NCBI GenBank assembly: GCA_043807135.1
Contig: JAZDGF010000003.1
Span: 72,621 to 136,620, forward strand
Source: Candidatus Levyibacteriota bacterium
GTDB lineage: Bacteria; Patescibacteriota; Microgenomatia; Levybacterales; UBA12049
Length of the DNA: 64,000 nucleotides
Direction: 5' to 3'
The translations under genes and the position numbers were made by a program. Below the pieces are notes generated by a model. The model ran no database searches and was not told where the DNA came from. It saw only the letters and a list, made by a program, of their open reading frames with translations. Each line of letters starts with the position of its first letter. The stretch's first letter is position 1. This document shows positions 20,501-29,321 of this stretch, piece by piece.

Positions 20501-21018
20501 AATTCAAGCCAAGATCCGTGAACCGGTCTAATTTCTGCAGTGTGCAAAGTTTTTCCGGTTACGTTATCTTTATTTGCGGTAAAGAATGCTCCAGGAGATC
20601 TAACCAATTGGCTAACAACCGCTCTTTCAATTCCATTAACAATAAATGTTCCTCTATCTGTCATTTGTGGAATATCCCCAAGAAAAACTTCCTGTTCTAA
20701 TTTTGAATCGGTTTTTTTGTTTATTAAAGTAGCGTTTACATAAAGAGGAGCGTCGTAAGTAAGTCCTTTGACAAGACAGACATCTGAATTAACAGGTATT
20801 TTTCCAAGTCTATAATCTTTAAGAACCATAGTCCAATTCTTTTCCGTAAAATCATCAATAGGAGATATTTCTTGAAGTACCTCTACAATTCCTTTTTCAA
20901 GAAACCATTTATAGGATTTTTTTTGAGTGGCAAGTAAATCTAATTTAGGCAGTAGTTTATAGTCCTTACCCCAATTATCTCTTAACTTGTTGTTTGTTTT
21001 AATATCAGCCTTTGGCAT
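17599..21018 (-). CDS. rpoB: DNA-directed RNA polymerase subunit beta with an acidic/Lys-rich C-terminal tail
   Basis: The 1139-aa protein has conserved beta-subunit blocks ([22 protein letters not shown]) and ends with an E/K-rich tail. Confidence 0.97.
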   Translation of the reverse strand: [1139 protein letters not shown]

Positions 21019-21110
21019 CTGAGAGTTGTCTTTAGAAGAATTAAGTTTTTTACAACAAAAACGCCTTGAGGATCTCTCCTCTTTCTTAATCCTTTATATA
21101 AAGTTATAAA

Positions 21111-21140
21111 CTTATATCATACAAAATTGCATAATGTCAA
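21111..21140 (-). promoter_or_regulatory. Candidate promoter TTGACA-18nt-TATAAG upstream of rpoB
   Basis: Minus strand reads TTGACAttatgcaattttgtatgaTATAAG, and the -35 abuts the stop of the upstream nuclease gene. Confidence 0.35.
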
Positions 21141-21149
21141 GAGGAGAAA

Positions 21150-21905
21150 TTAAGCTCCTCTTTCTCTTACGGCAATTCTATATTTACAATAGTCACAATC
21201 TTCTCCGGACTTGGGTATTTTATCGTCTCTTAAACAGTTAATTGCATCATTAATAGTTTTTTCAACCCAAGAATCATTTCCTTTATATGGCAAAATCTTA
21301 ATATCAAATTCAAGCTTTGCATCAAAAGCTTTTTTATCGGTAATACCATTACAATATACAAAATATCCTGTGTCTGACACTTTGTAGCCGTTTTTTCTAA
21401 ACAACCATTGATAAATTTCCATCTGTCTTTTATACCCATCTTGCCATTCCTTATCTAAAGTTACCTCTTCTTCTTTAGAAGTTGCTTTGTAATCAACAAT
21501 AATATATTCCCCATTTGGATTTATCCAAACATCATCTATTCCTCCTGTGACAATAACGTTTGAGTGATCAATTCTAGCAGTTATTCCCCTCCTCATAGCA
21601 TCTCTCCACTCATCTATTTTTTCATGATCTAAAGGAATTGCATCAACTCCATATGTTGTCATTAAAGGATGAGCTGTTTTTTTAGCTCTATGAATATCAA
21701 ATTCTTTTTTTAATAACTTATCTACTGCGGAATTTAGAGAAAACGGATAACCTGGAGGCTGACCTACACCAAGACGACGATCTAAGTAAAAGCAACGTGG
21801 ACAACTAATAAATAAATCTATTTTACTTCTGCTTAAGCGAAATAAATCAGTTGTGCTGGGGTTATATAAATATTTTTTCCGGTTAGGATTATAATATTGA
21901 GACAT
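21150..21905 (-). CDS. PD-(D/E)XK-superfamily nuclease with a four-Cys (putative Fe-S) signature, Cas4/RecB-nuclease-domain-like
   Basis: The 251-aa protein has N-terminal CPRC, C-terminal CDYCKY, and a GIDDVW...IIVDYK motif matching D..(D/E)xK. Confidence 0.5.
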   Translation of the reverse strand: MSQYYNPNRKKYLYNPSTTDLFRLSRSKIDLFISCPRCFYLDRRLGVGQPPGYPFSLNSAVDKLLKKEFDIHRAKKTAHPLMTTYGVDAIPLDHEKIDEWRDAMRRGITARIDHSNVIVTGGIDDVWINPNGEYIIVDYKATSKEEEVTLDKEWQDGYKRQMEIYQWLFRKNGYKVSDTGYFVYCNGITDKKAFDAKLEFDIKILPYKGNDSWVEKTINDAINCLRDDKIPKSGEDCDYCKYRIAVRERGA

Positions 21906-21978
21906 AGGTGCATTATATTACAAAAGAGAAAAGAGATAAACTCTAGCTTTGTTTTAAGCTCATGATATAATCAATTAG

Positions 21979-23790
21979 ATGACAGCTTTTGAAATAATTA
22001 AAAAATACATTTCATTTTTTGAAGAAAAAGAACATAAACAAATTGCAAATGCTCCTTTAGTTCCTGAAAATGACCCAACCACCCTTTTTACTTCATCAGG
22101 CATGCAACCTTTAGTTCCATATCTTTTAGGAGAGGCACATCCACAAGGAAAAAGACTTGTAAATTCTCAGGATAGTTTTAGAAGCCAAGATATTGAAGAA
22201 GTTGGCGACAATAGGCACACTACTTTTTTTAGAATGCTTGGTAATTGGTCACTGGGTAGTTACTTTAAAAAAGAACAGATCCTCTGGTTTTGGGAATTTT
22301 TGACAAAGGAATTAAAAATTCCTGCTGAAAAACTCTATGTCAGTGTATTTGAAGGAGATGAAAATATTTCAAAAGATACAGAATCTGAAGAGATTTGGAA
22401 AGAAATATTCGCAAAAGAAAGAATTGACGCTAGCGACAGAATATTTTTCTATGGAGTAAATCAAAACTGGTGGTCACGATCAGGTCCTCCAAGCAAAATG
22501 CCTGTTGGTGAACCAGGAGGGCCGGATAGTGAGGTTTTTTATGACTTTGGTGACTCCAAGGTACATGAAAAAAGCACATTTAAAGATAAAAAGTGTCACC
22601 TTAACTGTGACTGTGGAAGATACATGGAAATTGGAAATTCAGTCTTTATGGAGTTTATTAAAACAAAAGATGGATTTGACGAACTTCCGCAAAAAAATGT
22701 TGATTTTGGCGGAGGACTTGAAAGATTTTTAGCAGCAATAGAAAACCAACAAGATATTTTTAAAACCTCATTGTATTTCCCTGCTATCAAAAAAATAGAG
22801 GAATTAAGTAATAAGAAATATGATGAAGATAAACCGGCAATGCGAATTATCGCAGATCATTTAAAAGCATCTGTTTTTATCATTCTTGCAAGTGTAAAAC
22901 CATCAAATAAAGAACAGGGTTATCTTCTAAGAAGATTACTGCGGCGATCCGTTGTTAAATACCATGAATTAACAAAAAACTTTACACCTACTCAAGAGTT
23001 TAAAAAAATTGCGGAAGAAATTCTAAATATAGAAAAAGAAGTTGAACCTGAAAGAATAAATAAAGAAAGAGATCTAAAGCTTGTTGGTGAAGTTTTAGCA
23101 GATGAGCTTACACGCTTTGGCAAAAGCTTAAATAACGGACTTAAAATCATTAAAAACACAGATAAATTAACCGGCAAAGAGGCTTTTGATCTTTACCAAT
23201 CTTACGGTTTTCCACTTGAAATAACAATTGAGTTAATGGCAAAAAAGGACCAAAAAGTAAATACTGAGGAATTTAAAAAAGAATTTGAAAAACATAAGGA
23301 ACTTTCCAGAACCGCATCTTCTGGCATGTTTAAAGGAGGCTTGGCAGACTCGGGAGAACAGACTGTCATGGGACACACTGCAACCCATTTATTACACCAG
23401 GCCTTAAGAGAAGTATTAGGAGAAAAAGTAAACCAGGCAGGCTCAAATATTACAAATAAAAGGATAAGGTTTGATTTTAGCTCTGGTCAAAAACTTACCG
23501 ATGAAGAAATTAAAAAAGTTGAAAGAACAGTAAATGAAAAAATCAAAGAGAATTTGCCGATTAAATTTGAGATTATGTCACTTGAGAAAGCAAAGGAAAT
23601 TGGTGCTGCAGGAATATTTAATGAAAAATATGAAACACAGGTAAAAGTGTATTTTATAGGAAATTATTCAAAAGAAATCTGCGGTGGCCCGCATGTTGAT
23701 TTTACAGGCAAGCTAAAAAGGTTTAGAATAATAAAGCAGGAGAATATAGGACACGGATTAAAAAGAATATACGCAAAAGTAAATTTTTAA
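21979..23790 (+). CDS. alaS: Alanine--tRNA ligase, compact form (catalytic, tRNA-recognition and editing domains; no C-Ala domain)
   Basis: The 603-aa protein contains FTSSGMQP, RHTTFFRMLGNWSLGSYFK, the editing-domain HTATHLLHQALR motif, and a C-terminal CGGPH. Confidence 0.9.
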   Translation: MTAFEIIKKYISFFEEKEHKQIANAPLVPENDPTTLFTSSGMQPLVPYLLGEAHPQGKRLVNSQDSFRSQDIEEVGDNRHTTFFRMLGNWSLGSYFKKEQILWFWEFLTKELKIPAEKLYVSVFEGDENISKDTESEEIWKEIFAKERIDASDRIFFYGVNQNWWSRSGPPSKMPVGEPGGPDSEVFYDFGDSKVHEKSTFKDKKCHLNCDCGRYMEIGNSVFMEFIKTKDGFDELPQKNVDFGGGLERFLAAIENQQDIFKTSLYFPAIKKIEELSNKKYDEDKPAMRIIADHLKASVFIILASVKPSNKEQGYLLRRLLRRSVVKYHELTKNFTPTQEFKKIAEEILNIEKEVEPERINKERDLKLVGEVLADELTRFGKSLNNGLKIIKNTDKLTGKEAFDLYQSYGFPLEITIELMAKKDQKVNTEEFKKEFEKHKELSRTASSGMFKGGLADSGEQTVMGHTATHLLHQALREVLGEKVNQAGSNITNKRIRFDFSSGQKLTDEEIKKVERTVNEKIKENLPIKFEIMSLEKAKEIGAAGIFNEKYETQVKVYFIGNYSKEICGGPHVDFTGKLKRFRIIKQENIGHGLKRIYAKVNF

Positions 23791-23791
23791 T

Positions 23792-26224
23792 ATGAAAATG
23801 CCTTCTCTTTCTTTTTTTGAAAAAAAAGAAAAACCACAATATTTTCTTGCTTTAATTCTAAGAGATGAAAAAGCAACAGGCGTAGTTTTTGAAACACTCT
23901 CAGGTGTTGTAAAAATTGTAGGTTCAGGAGAAGAATATTTCTCCGAATCAATAGAAGAAATCTCTATTGAGGAATTACTTGATATTTGCGATAAATCTAT
24001 TTCAAGAGCGGAAAGTTCTCTTCCTGAGAATATTGAAACCCAAAAAGCTATTTTTGCCTTAAAAGAAAATTGGGTTGAAGATAACAAGATTAAAAAAGAT
24101 TATTTAGATAAACTTAAGAAAGTAAGTGATGAATTAAGCATTGTTCCAATCGGTTTTTTAGTAACAACCGAGGCAATTGTTTCTCTTCTTCAAAAAGAAG
24201 AGGGAGCCCCAATTTCAACCATTTTTGCCCAAATCAGTAAAGAAAATGCTATTGTTTCCCTAGTAAAGGCAAGCAAAGTTTTAGAAGCAAAAGCATCTAA
24301 AATTCATGAATCTGCCAGTTTTACCGTTGATACTTTACTTAAACACTTTGAAGTTCCAGAAATTCTACCTTCAAGAGTTATAATTTTTACAGATCAGGAA
24401 AAAGAACTTTCCCAGGAATTTATTAAACATCAGTGGAGCAAGAGCTTGTCTTTTCTTCATCTCCCTCAAGTTCTAACTCTTCCGTCAAATTATGATATTA
24501 AAGCAGTTATAAATGGGTCTGCAAAACAAATGGGACTTGCTGTTTCACCAGTCCTTATGGATTATAAAAGTTCAGACGATATTCCCGAACTTACAAAAGA
24601 AACTACCCATAAAGAAACCGAAGAGGAAAAGCCAAAAGAGGAAAACTCTGAGGAGAATGAAGAGGCAAAAGAAGCAAATGAAGAAGAAGTAAAAATTCCT
24701 GATGGGGAAAAAACAATTGAAGATAAGATTCATGAAGAACAGTCCTTTCCTTCCGAACACTTTGGATTTGGAGCAGCAGATATTGCAAAAATAGAACCAA
24801 AAGAAGTAGATCATAAAATTGAAAAGACAGAAAAGAAAGAAAGTGGAAAAGAAGATGACGAGTTAAAGATTGAAACAATTTCAAAAGAGGAAACAAAAGT
24901 AGAACCAAAACTTGCCATAATTGAAGACGATACAAAAAAATCATTCCCCGAATTTCCCGAAGAAAGGAAAAAAGATAGTTCTTCTCCATTAAGATTCTTA
25001 GGAAGCTTTGCATTTATTGGAGGATCTGCTTTTGCAAGTATAAAAAGCGTTGCAAGATCTATTATTAATTTTCTTCCCATTATTAGAGGAAACAAGATAC
25101 TTTTAATCCCCGGCATTGTAATTATACTCTTAATTGTATTTTTCATTTATTATTTATTTGCTCTTAGGGCAAATATTATTTTAAGTGTTGACCCAAAAAT
25201 TGAAGAAACTAAACAATCGGCAACATTTTCTACCTCCTCTTCAACGGACGTTGAAAAAAATCTTATTTCAGGTGAATTTGTAACTATTTCTGAAGAAGGG
25301 TCAACAACAATAACTACCAGCGGTAAAAAAGAAATTGGAGAAGCTGCTAAGGGGAAAATAACTTTATACAGCCGTTTTACAAAAGAGACAACTATTAAAT
25401 CAGGAATAGTAATTTCTGCTCCAAACGATTTGGAGTTTACTGTAGATGATTCCATTAAGATTGCATCCGCGTCTGCAGACGCAAGTGCTGAGCCAACTAC
25501 TGCAACCATTCTGGTTACTGCCAAAAAAATAGGAAAAGAGTATAACTTACCTGCCGGAACAAAGTTTTCGGTCGAAGATTTAAGCACAGGAGATATTATC
25601 GGAAAAAATGATGACCCTCTGTCAGGAGGAAATAAAAAAGAGGTAACTGTTGTCTCAGAAGAAGATATTACCCGCGCAGAACAAGATCTTATTAAAGAAC
25701 TTGAAAATAAAGCAAAGGATGAGCTTAACAATAGAATTGCGACCGATAAAATCCTCCTTCCCGTTTTTGCAGACGCAAGTGTTTCCAAAGCAGATTTTAG
25801 CAAAGATGTTGACGACGAATCAGATAAATTAACTATTACAGGAACCGTTGACTATCAAGCACTCTCCTATAAAAAAGACGACCTTGTCTCGTTTGCAAAA
25901 TTACTTTTAAAAAGCAAAATTCCAGAAGGTCTTACCATTACTGAGGATAATATTAACGTAGAAGTAAAAGACAGCAAAAAAAAAGGAGACGATGAAATTT
26001 CTGCAAACTTAAATATTAAAGCCGCACTTTTACCTAAGATTGATCAAGAAAAAATGGTTAAAGAAGTTGCCGGTAAATCAGTTTCAGATGCTGAAAAAAT
26101 GTTTAAAGATCTTCCTCAAGTAACAAACATTACTACAAGTCTTTTTCCAAGACTTCCTTTTATTCCAAAATACCTGCCTAGAGATCCTAATAAGATAAAA
26201 GTTACACTAGATATTAATGGCTAA
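23792..26224 (+). CDS. Large bitopic membrane protein (cytoplasmic domain, E/K-rich linker, one TM, extracytoplasmic domain), hypothetical
   Basis: The 810-aa protein has an acidic low-complexity region around residues 270-400 and a TM segment ILLIPGIVIILLIVFFIYYLFAL. Its start is 1 nt after the alaS stop. Confidence 0.6.
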   Translation: MKMPSLSFFEKKEKPQYFLALILRDEKATGVVFETLSGVVKIVGSGEEYFSESIEEISIEELLDICDKSISRAESSLPENIETQKAIFALKENWVEDNKIKKDYLDKLKKVSDELSIVPIGFLVTTEAIVSLLQKEEGAPISTIFAQISKENAIVSLVKASKVLEAKASKIHESASFTVDTLLKHFEVPEILPSRVIIFTDQEKELSQEFIKHQWSKSLSFLHLPQVLTLPSNYDIKAVINGSAKQMGLAVSPVLMDYKSSDDIPELTKETTHKETEEEKPKEENSEENEEAKEANEEEVKIPDGEKTIEDKIHEEQSFPSEHFGFGAADIAKIEPKEVDHKIEKTEKKESGKEDDELKIETISKEETKVEPKLAIIEDDTKKSFPEFPEERKKDSSSPLRFLGSFAFIGGSAFASIKSVARSIINFLPIIRGNKILLIPGIVIILLIVFFIYYLFALRANIILSVDPKIEETKQSATFSTSSSTDVEKNLISGEFVTISEEGSTTITTSGKKEIGEAAKGKITLYSRFTKETTIKSGIVISAPNDLEFTVDDSIKIASASADASAEPTTATILVTAKKIGKEYNLPAGTKFSVEDLSTGDIIGKNDDPLSGGNKKEVTVVSEEDITRAEQDLIKELENKAKDELNNRIATDKILLPVFADASVSKADFSKDVDDESDKLTITGTVDYQALSYKKDDLVSFAKLLLKSKIPEGLTITEDNINVEVKDSKKKGDDEISANLNIKAALLPKIDQEKMVKEVAGKSVSDAEKMFKDLPQVTNITTSLFPRLPFIPKYLPRDPNKIKVTLDING

Positions 26225-26939
26225 ATATTATAAAAAGTCTTCTCTAAATTTTAAAAAAATATCTAAGCTCATAAGTCTTCTTATGATAGTTGTTGGTGGT
26301 TTTATTATAATTTATATATTTTTCCCGTTAATTTCCTGGCAAATATATTTTGCTAATGCTTTTACCAATCCCGAACTTACAACTCCCATTCCGAAAGCAA
26401 CAGTTATAAATAGTTCAACTATTGCAAGCTTAATTACTCAAGCATCAAATGTTTTTACTCAAGCTGATTACACAAATGCTGAGACTTGGTTTCCAAACAT
26501 TAAGTTTCAAAAACAACACCAAGATATTCAAACCTATGCTTTAAGTATTCAAAAATTAAAAATTGAAAATGCTGTTGTTTCAACAATTGATACTGATTTG
26601 TCAGCTCACCTTGTAAATTACGGAGGGACCGCAATCCCACCGCAAAAAGGAGCAGCAGTGGTTTTTGGACACTCAACTCTTCCCCAATGGTTTAATCCAA
26701 AAGACTACAAAACAATTTTTGCGACTCTTCATGAATTACGAGTCGGAGATGAAATAAAAGTAAATGTTTCAAATCTTACTTTTATTTATAAGGTTTATAA
26801 TATTTCCGTTGTGGAGTCATCGGATGTTTCTATGTTTGAACAAAGATATGACGACTCATATCTTACTCTTGTTACCTGTACTCCTCCTGGAACAATCTGG
26901 AAAAGACTTATAATAAGAGCAAGGCTTGATAAGGTTTAA
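26217..26939 (+). CDS. Sortase-family transpeptidase
   Basis: The 240-aa protein has an N-terminal TM anchor, a catalytic His in VVFGHS, an LTLVTC active-site Cys motif and a downstream Arg. It overlaps the upstream gene by 8 nt. Confidence 0.8.
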   Translation: MAKYYKKSSLNFKKISKLISLLMIVVGGFIIIYIFFPLISWQIYFANAFTNPELTTPIPKATVINSSTIASLITQASNVFTQADYTNAETWFPNIKFQKQHQDIQTYALSIQKLKIENAVVSTIDTDLSAHLVNYGGTAIPPQKGAAVVFGHSTLPQWFNPKDYKTIFATLHELRVGDEIKVNVSNLTFIYKVYNISVVESSDVSMFEQRYDDSYLTLVTCTPPGTIWKRLIIRARLDKV

Positions 26940-26941
26940 TT

Positions 26942-27085
26942 ATGGAAGAAAGTTCTTTTAAAAGATTTTTAATTAAGATTTGGCCAACAATTTACAGAGT
27001 AATAAATACTCTTGTCTATGCCCTTTTAAACTTTTTAAAATCCGCTGTTTCCCAAAGCATAGAACAATTAAAAGGTAAATAAATT
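26942..27085 (+). CDS. Possible 47-aa small protein (amphipathic helix)
   Basis: It encodes MEESSFKRFLIKIWPTIYRVINTLVYALLNFLKSAVSQSIEQLKGK and exactly fills the gap between the sortase stop and the next gene start. Confidence 0.3.
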
Positions 27086-28360
27086 ATGGAAGAAAAAAAA
27101 TTAGCACTTAAGGCAATTCAAAAAAAATTAGTTGGTAAAAGACTTAGTTATAAAGAAATATTTGCCATTATGAATCAGATTTCAAATGAAGAATTAGGCG
27201 ATATTTTAACCACCTATTTTGCTGCATCCGGCTATTCTAAAGGCTTTACTAATAAAGAACTTTTTTATCTTACAAAAGCCATGGTTGAAACAGGGGATAA
27301 ATTGAAATTTGAAGGAATTGTTGCTGATAAACATTCCATAGGAGGTGTTCCTGGAACCAGAACAACCCCAATTATTGTCGCTATTATCGCAACAGCTGGA
27401 TTTAAAATTCCTAAAAGCTCTTCTAGGGCAATTACTTCTCCTGACGGAACTGCAGATGACATGGAAGTACTTGCCCCAGTAATTCTTAAAAAAGAAAAAA
27501 TTTATGAAGTAGTTAGAAAAACTAATGGATGCATTGTTTGGGGAGGAAGCTTTAATCTTGCTCCTGCAGACGACATTATTATTCAAGTAGAAAAGCCGCT
27601 TCTATTTGAAAGTTATGATAAAATTTTAGTTTCAATTATGGCCAAAAAGATTGCGTTCGGAGCAACTCACGTTGTTATTGATCTTCCATATGGAGAAACC
27701 GTTAAAGTGCACACTTTACGTGATGCGGAAATTATTAAAGATAAATTTATATTTCTTGCAAAACAATTTAAGATAAAAATAAAAGTAATGATTCACAAAA
27801 CAGAAGAGCCGGCAGGACGGGGGGTTGGGCCAATTTTAGAAATTCAAGAAGTCTTAAAAATTTTACAGCAAAAGAAAAACAGACCACTAGATTTAGAGGT
27901 AAGAAGTTTAAATATTGCAGGAACACTTTTAGAATTATGCTTAAAGGATTCTCCTAAAAAATTAAGAGAAGGTGTTAAAAGACACTACGGAAATGCATTT
28001 GGCTGGGCAACTTCAATTCTTAAAAGTGGTAACGCTTTTAAGAAATTCCAAGAAATTATTAAAGCACAGGGAGGAGATCCCAATATAGACAGTGAAAAAC
28101 TTAAACCTGGGAAATATACATATAAAGTAAAGGCAAAAAAAAGCGGGGCAGTTAAAAAGTTTAATATTAAAAACCTTACAAGTGTTGCAAAAATTCTTGG
28201 TGCACCAACCGAAAAAGCAGCAGGAATTTATTTAGATAAAAAGCTTAATGAAAAGGTTGAAAAAGGAGAGACAATCTGTACTTTATACAGTCAAAGCGTG
28301 TATAATCTAAAAGAAGGAAAAGATTCAATAAGAAACTTTCCAATTACTAATTTAGAATGA
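27086..28360 (+). CDS. Thymidine/pyrimidine-nucleoside phosphorylase family protein (possibly an AMP-phosphorylase-type nucleoside salvage enzyme)
   Basis: The 424-aa protein contains ADKHSIGGVPGTRTTPIIVAIIATAGFKIP, matching the DKHSTGGVGD block of thymidine phosphorylases. Confidence 0.75.
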   Translation: MEEKKLALKAIQKKLVGKRLSYKEIFAIMNQISNEELGDILTTYFAASGYSKGFTNKELFYLTKAMVETGDKLKFEGIVADKHSIGGVPGTRTTPIIVAIIATAGFKIPKSSSRAITSPDGTADDMEVLAPVILKKEKIYEVVRKTNGCIVWGGSFNLAPADDIIIQVEKPLLFESYDKILVSIMAKKIAFGATHVVIDLPYGETVKVHTLRDAEIIKDKFIFLAKQFKIKIKVMIHKTEEPAGRGVGPILEIQEVLKILQQKKNRPLDLEVRSLNIAGTLLELCLKDSPKKLREGVKRHYGNAFGWATSILKSGNAFKKFQEIIKAQGGDPNIDSEKLKPGKYTYKVKAKKSGAVKKFNIKNLTSVAKILGAPTEKAAGIYLDKKLNEKVEKGETICTLYSQSVYNLKEGKDSIRNFPITNLE

Positions 28361-29316
28361 AAAGAATAATTGTTGCTTTTGTTTTAGTACTTGCTATATC
28401 GGTGCTAACAACTCTTTGGTGGAAAAATAACAGCCTGCCGGTTAATTCTCAAGATAAAACTCAAAAAATATTTGTTGTTCAAAAAGGACAAGGGGTTAGA
28501 GAAATTTCTTCAAAGCTTAAAAAAGAAAATTTAATTAAAGATTCTATTGTATTTTTTATTATTACTAAAAGATACGGTTATGACAAAAAGATTGAAGCAG
28601 GAGATTTTAGATTAAGCCCTTCAATGGCTACAAGAGAAATTGCCGAAAAACTTACTCATGGAACATTAGATGTATGGGTAATAATTCCTGAAGGAAAAAG
28701 AGCAGAAGAAGTCGCAGAGATTCTTGAAGAGAAAGTTCCTTCTTATGAGGATACCTGGATTAATGATTTAAAAGAACATGAAGGATATCTTTTTCCAGAT
28801 ACTTATCTTTTCCCAAAAGATGCAGACATTGATTTAATAATCTCAATCATGAAGAATAATTTTGAAAGTAAATTTAATAGTGTAAAGAATTCAAAAACAA
28901 CCAACCTAACAGAAAATGAAACTATTACTCTTGCATCCCTTGTTGAACGCGAAGCAAAAGCAGATGTTGATAGACCGCTGATTGCAAGCGTCATTTATAA
29001 CAGGTTGAATATCGGAATGAAGCTTGATATTGATGCCACTCTTCAATACATGCTTGGATATCAAGAAGCTGAAAAAAGATGGTGGAAAAAAGCCTTAACT
29101 AATGATGATAAAAAAATAAATTCTCCCTTTAATACTTATACAAATCCGGGGCTTCCTCCAAGACCTATTTCAAACCCAGGCATTGCAAGTATTAAGGCAG
29201 CACTAAATCCTGCAAGCACCAATTATCTTTTTTATATTTCTGACGCAAGTGGAAAAAACCGTTATGGAGAAACAATTGAAGAACACCATGCAAATATTAG
29301 AAACTACGGGTTATAA
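28357..29316 (+). CDS. mltG: Endolytic murein transglycosylase MltG/YceG
   Basis: The 319-aa protein has an N-terminal TM and the motifs LASLVEREA...YNTYTNPGLPPRPISNPG. Confidence 0.85.
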   Translation: MKRIIVAFVLVLAISVLTTLWWKNNSLPVNSQDKTQKIFVVQKGQGVREISSKLKKENLIKDSIVFFIITKRYGYDKKIEAGDFRLSPSMATREIAEKLTHGTLDVWVIIPEGKRAEEVAEILEEKVPSYEDTWINDLKEHEGYLFPDTYLFPKDADIDLIISIMKNNFESKFNSVKNSKTTNLTENETITLASLVEREAKADVDRPLIASVIYNRLNIGMKLDIDATLQYMLGYQEAEKRWWKKALTNDDKKINSPFNTYTNPGLPPRPISNPGIASIKAALNPASTNYLFYISDASGKNRYGETIEEHHANIRNYGL

Positions 29317-29321
29317 GCGAA

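Noticed and set aside
21979-23790. alaS (603 aa) as truncated or pseudogenised
   Set aside because: Catalytic, tRNA-binding and editing-domain motifs are all intact and the frame is clean. The loss of the C-Ala domain is consistent with a compact genome.
24572-25832. Antisense ORFs of up to 217 aa (25150-25803) inside the 810-aa membrane-protein gene
   Set aside because: The sense-strand gene is translationally coupled to alaS and the sortase. The antisense products are Ser/Leu/Phe-rich low complexity that mirror the E/K-rich linker.
27206-27586. 126-aa minus-strand ORF inside the phosphorylase gene
   Set aside because: It is antisense to a well-supported enzyme gene and has no motifs.
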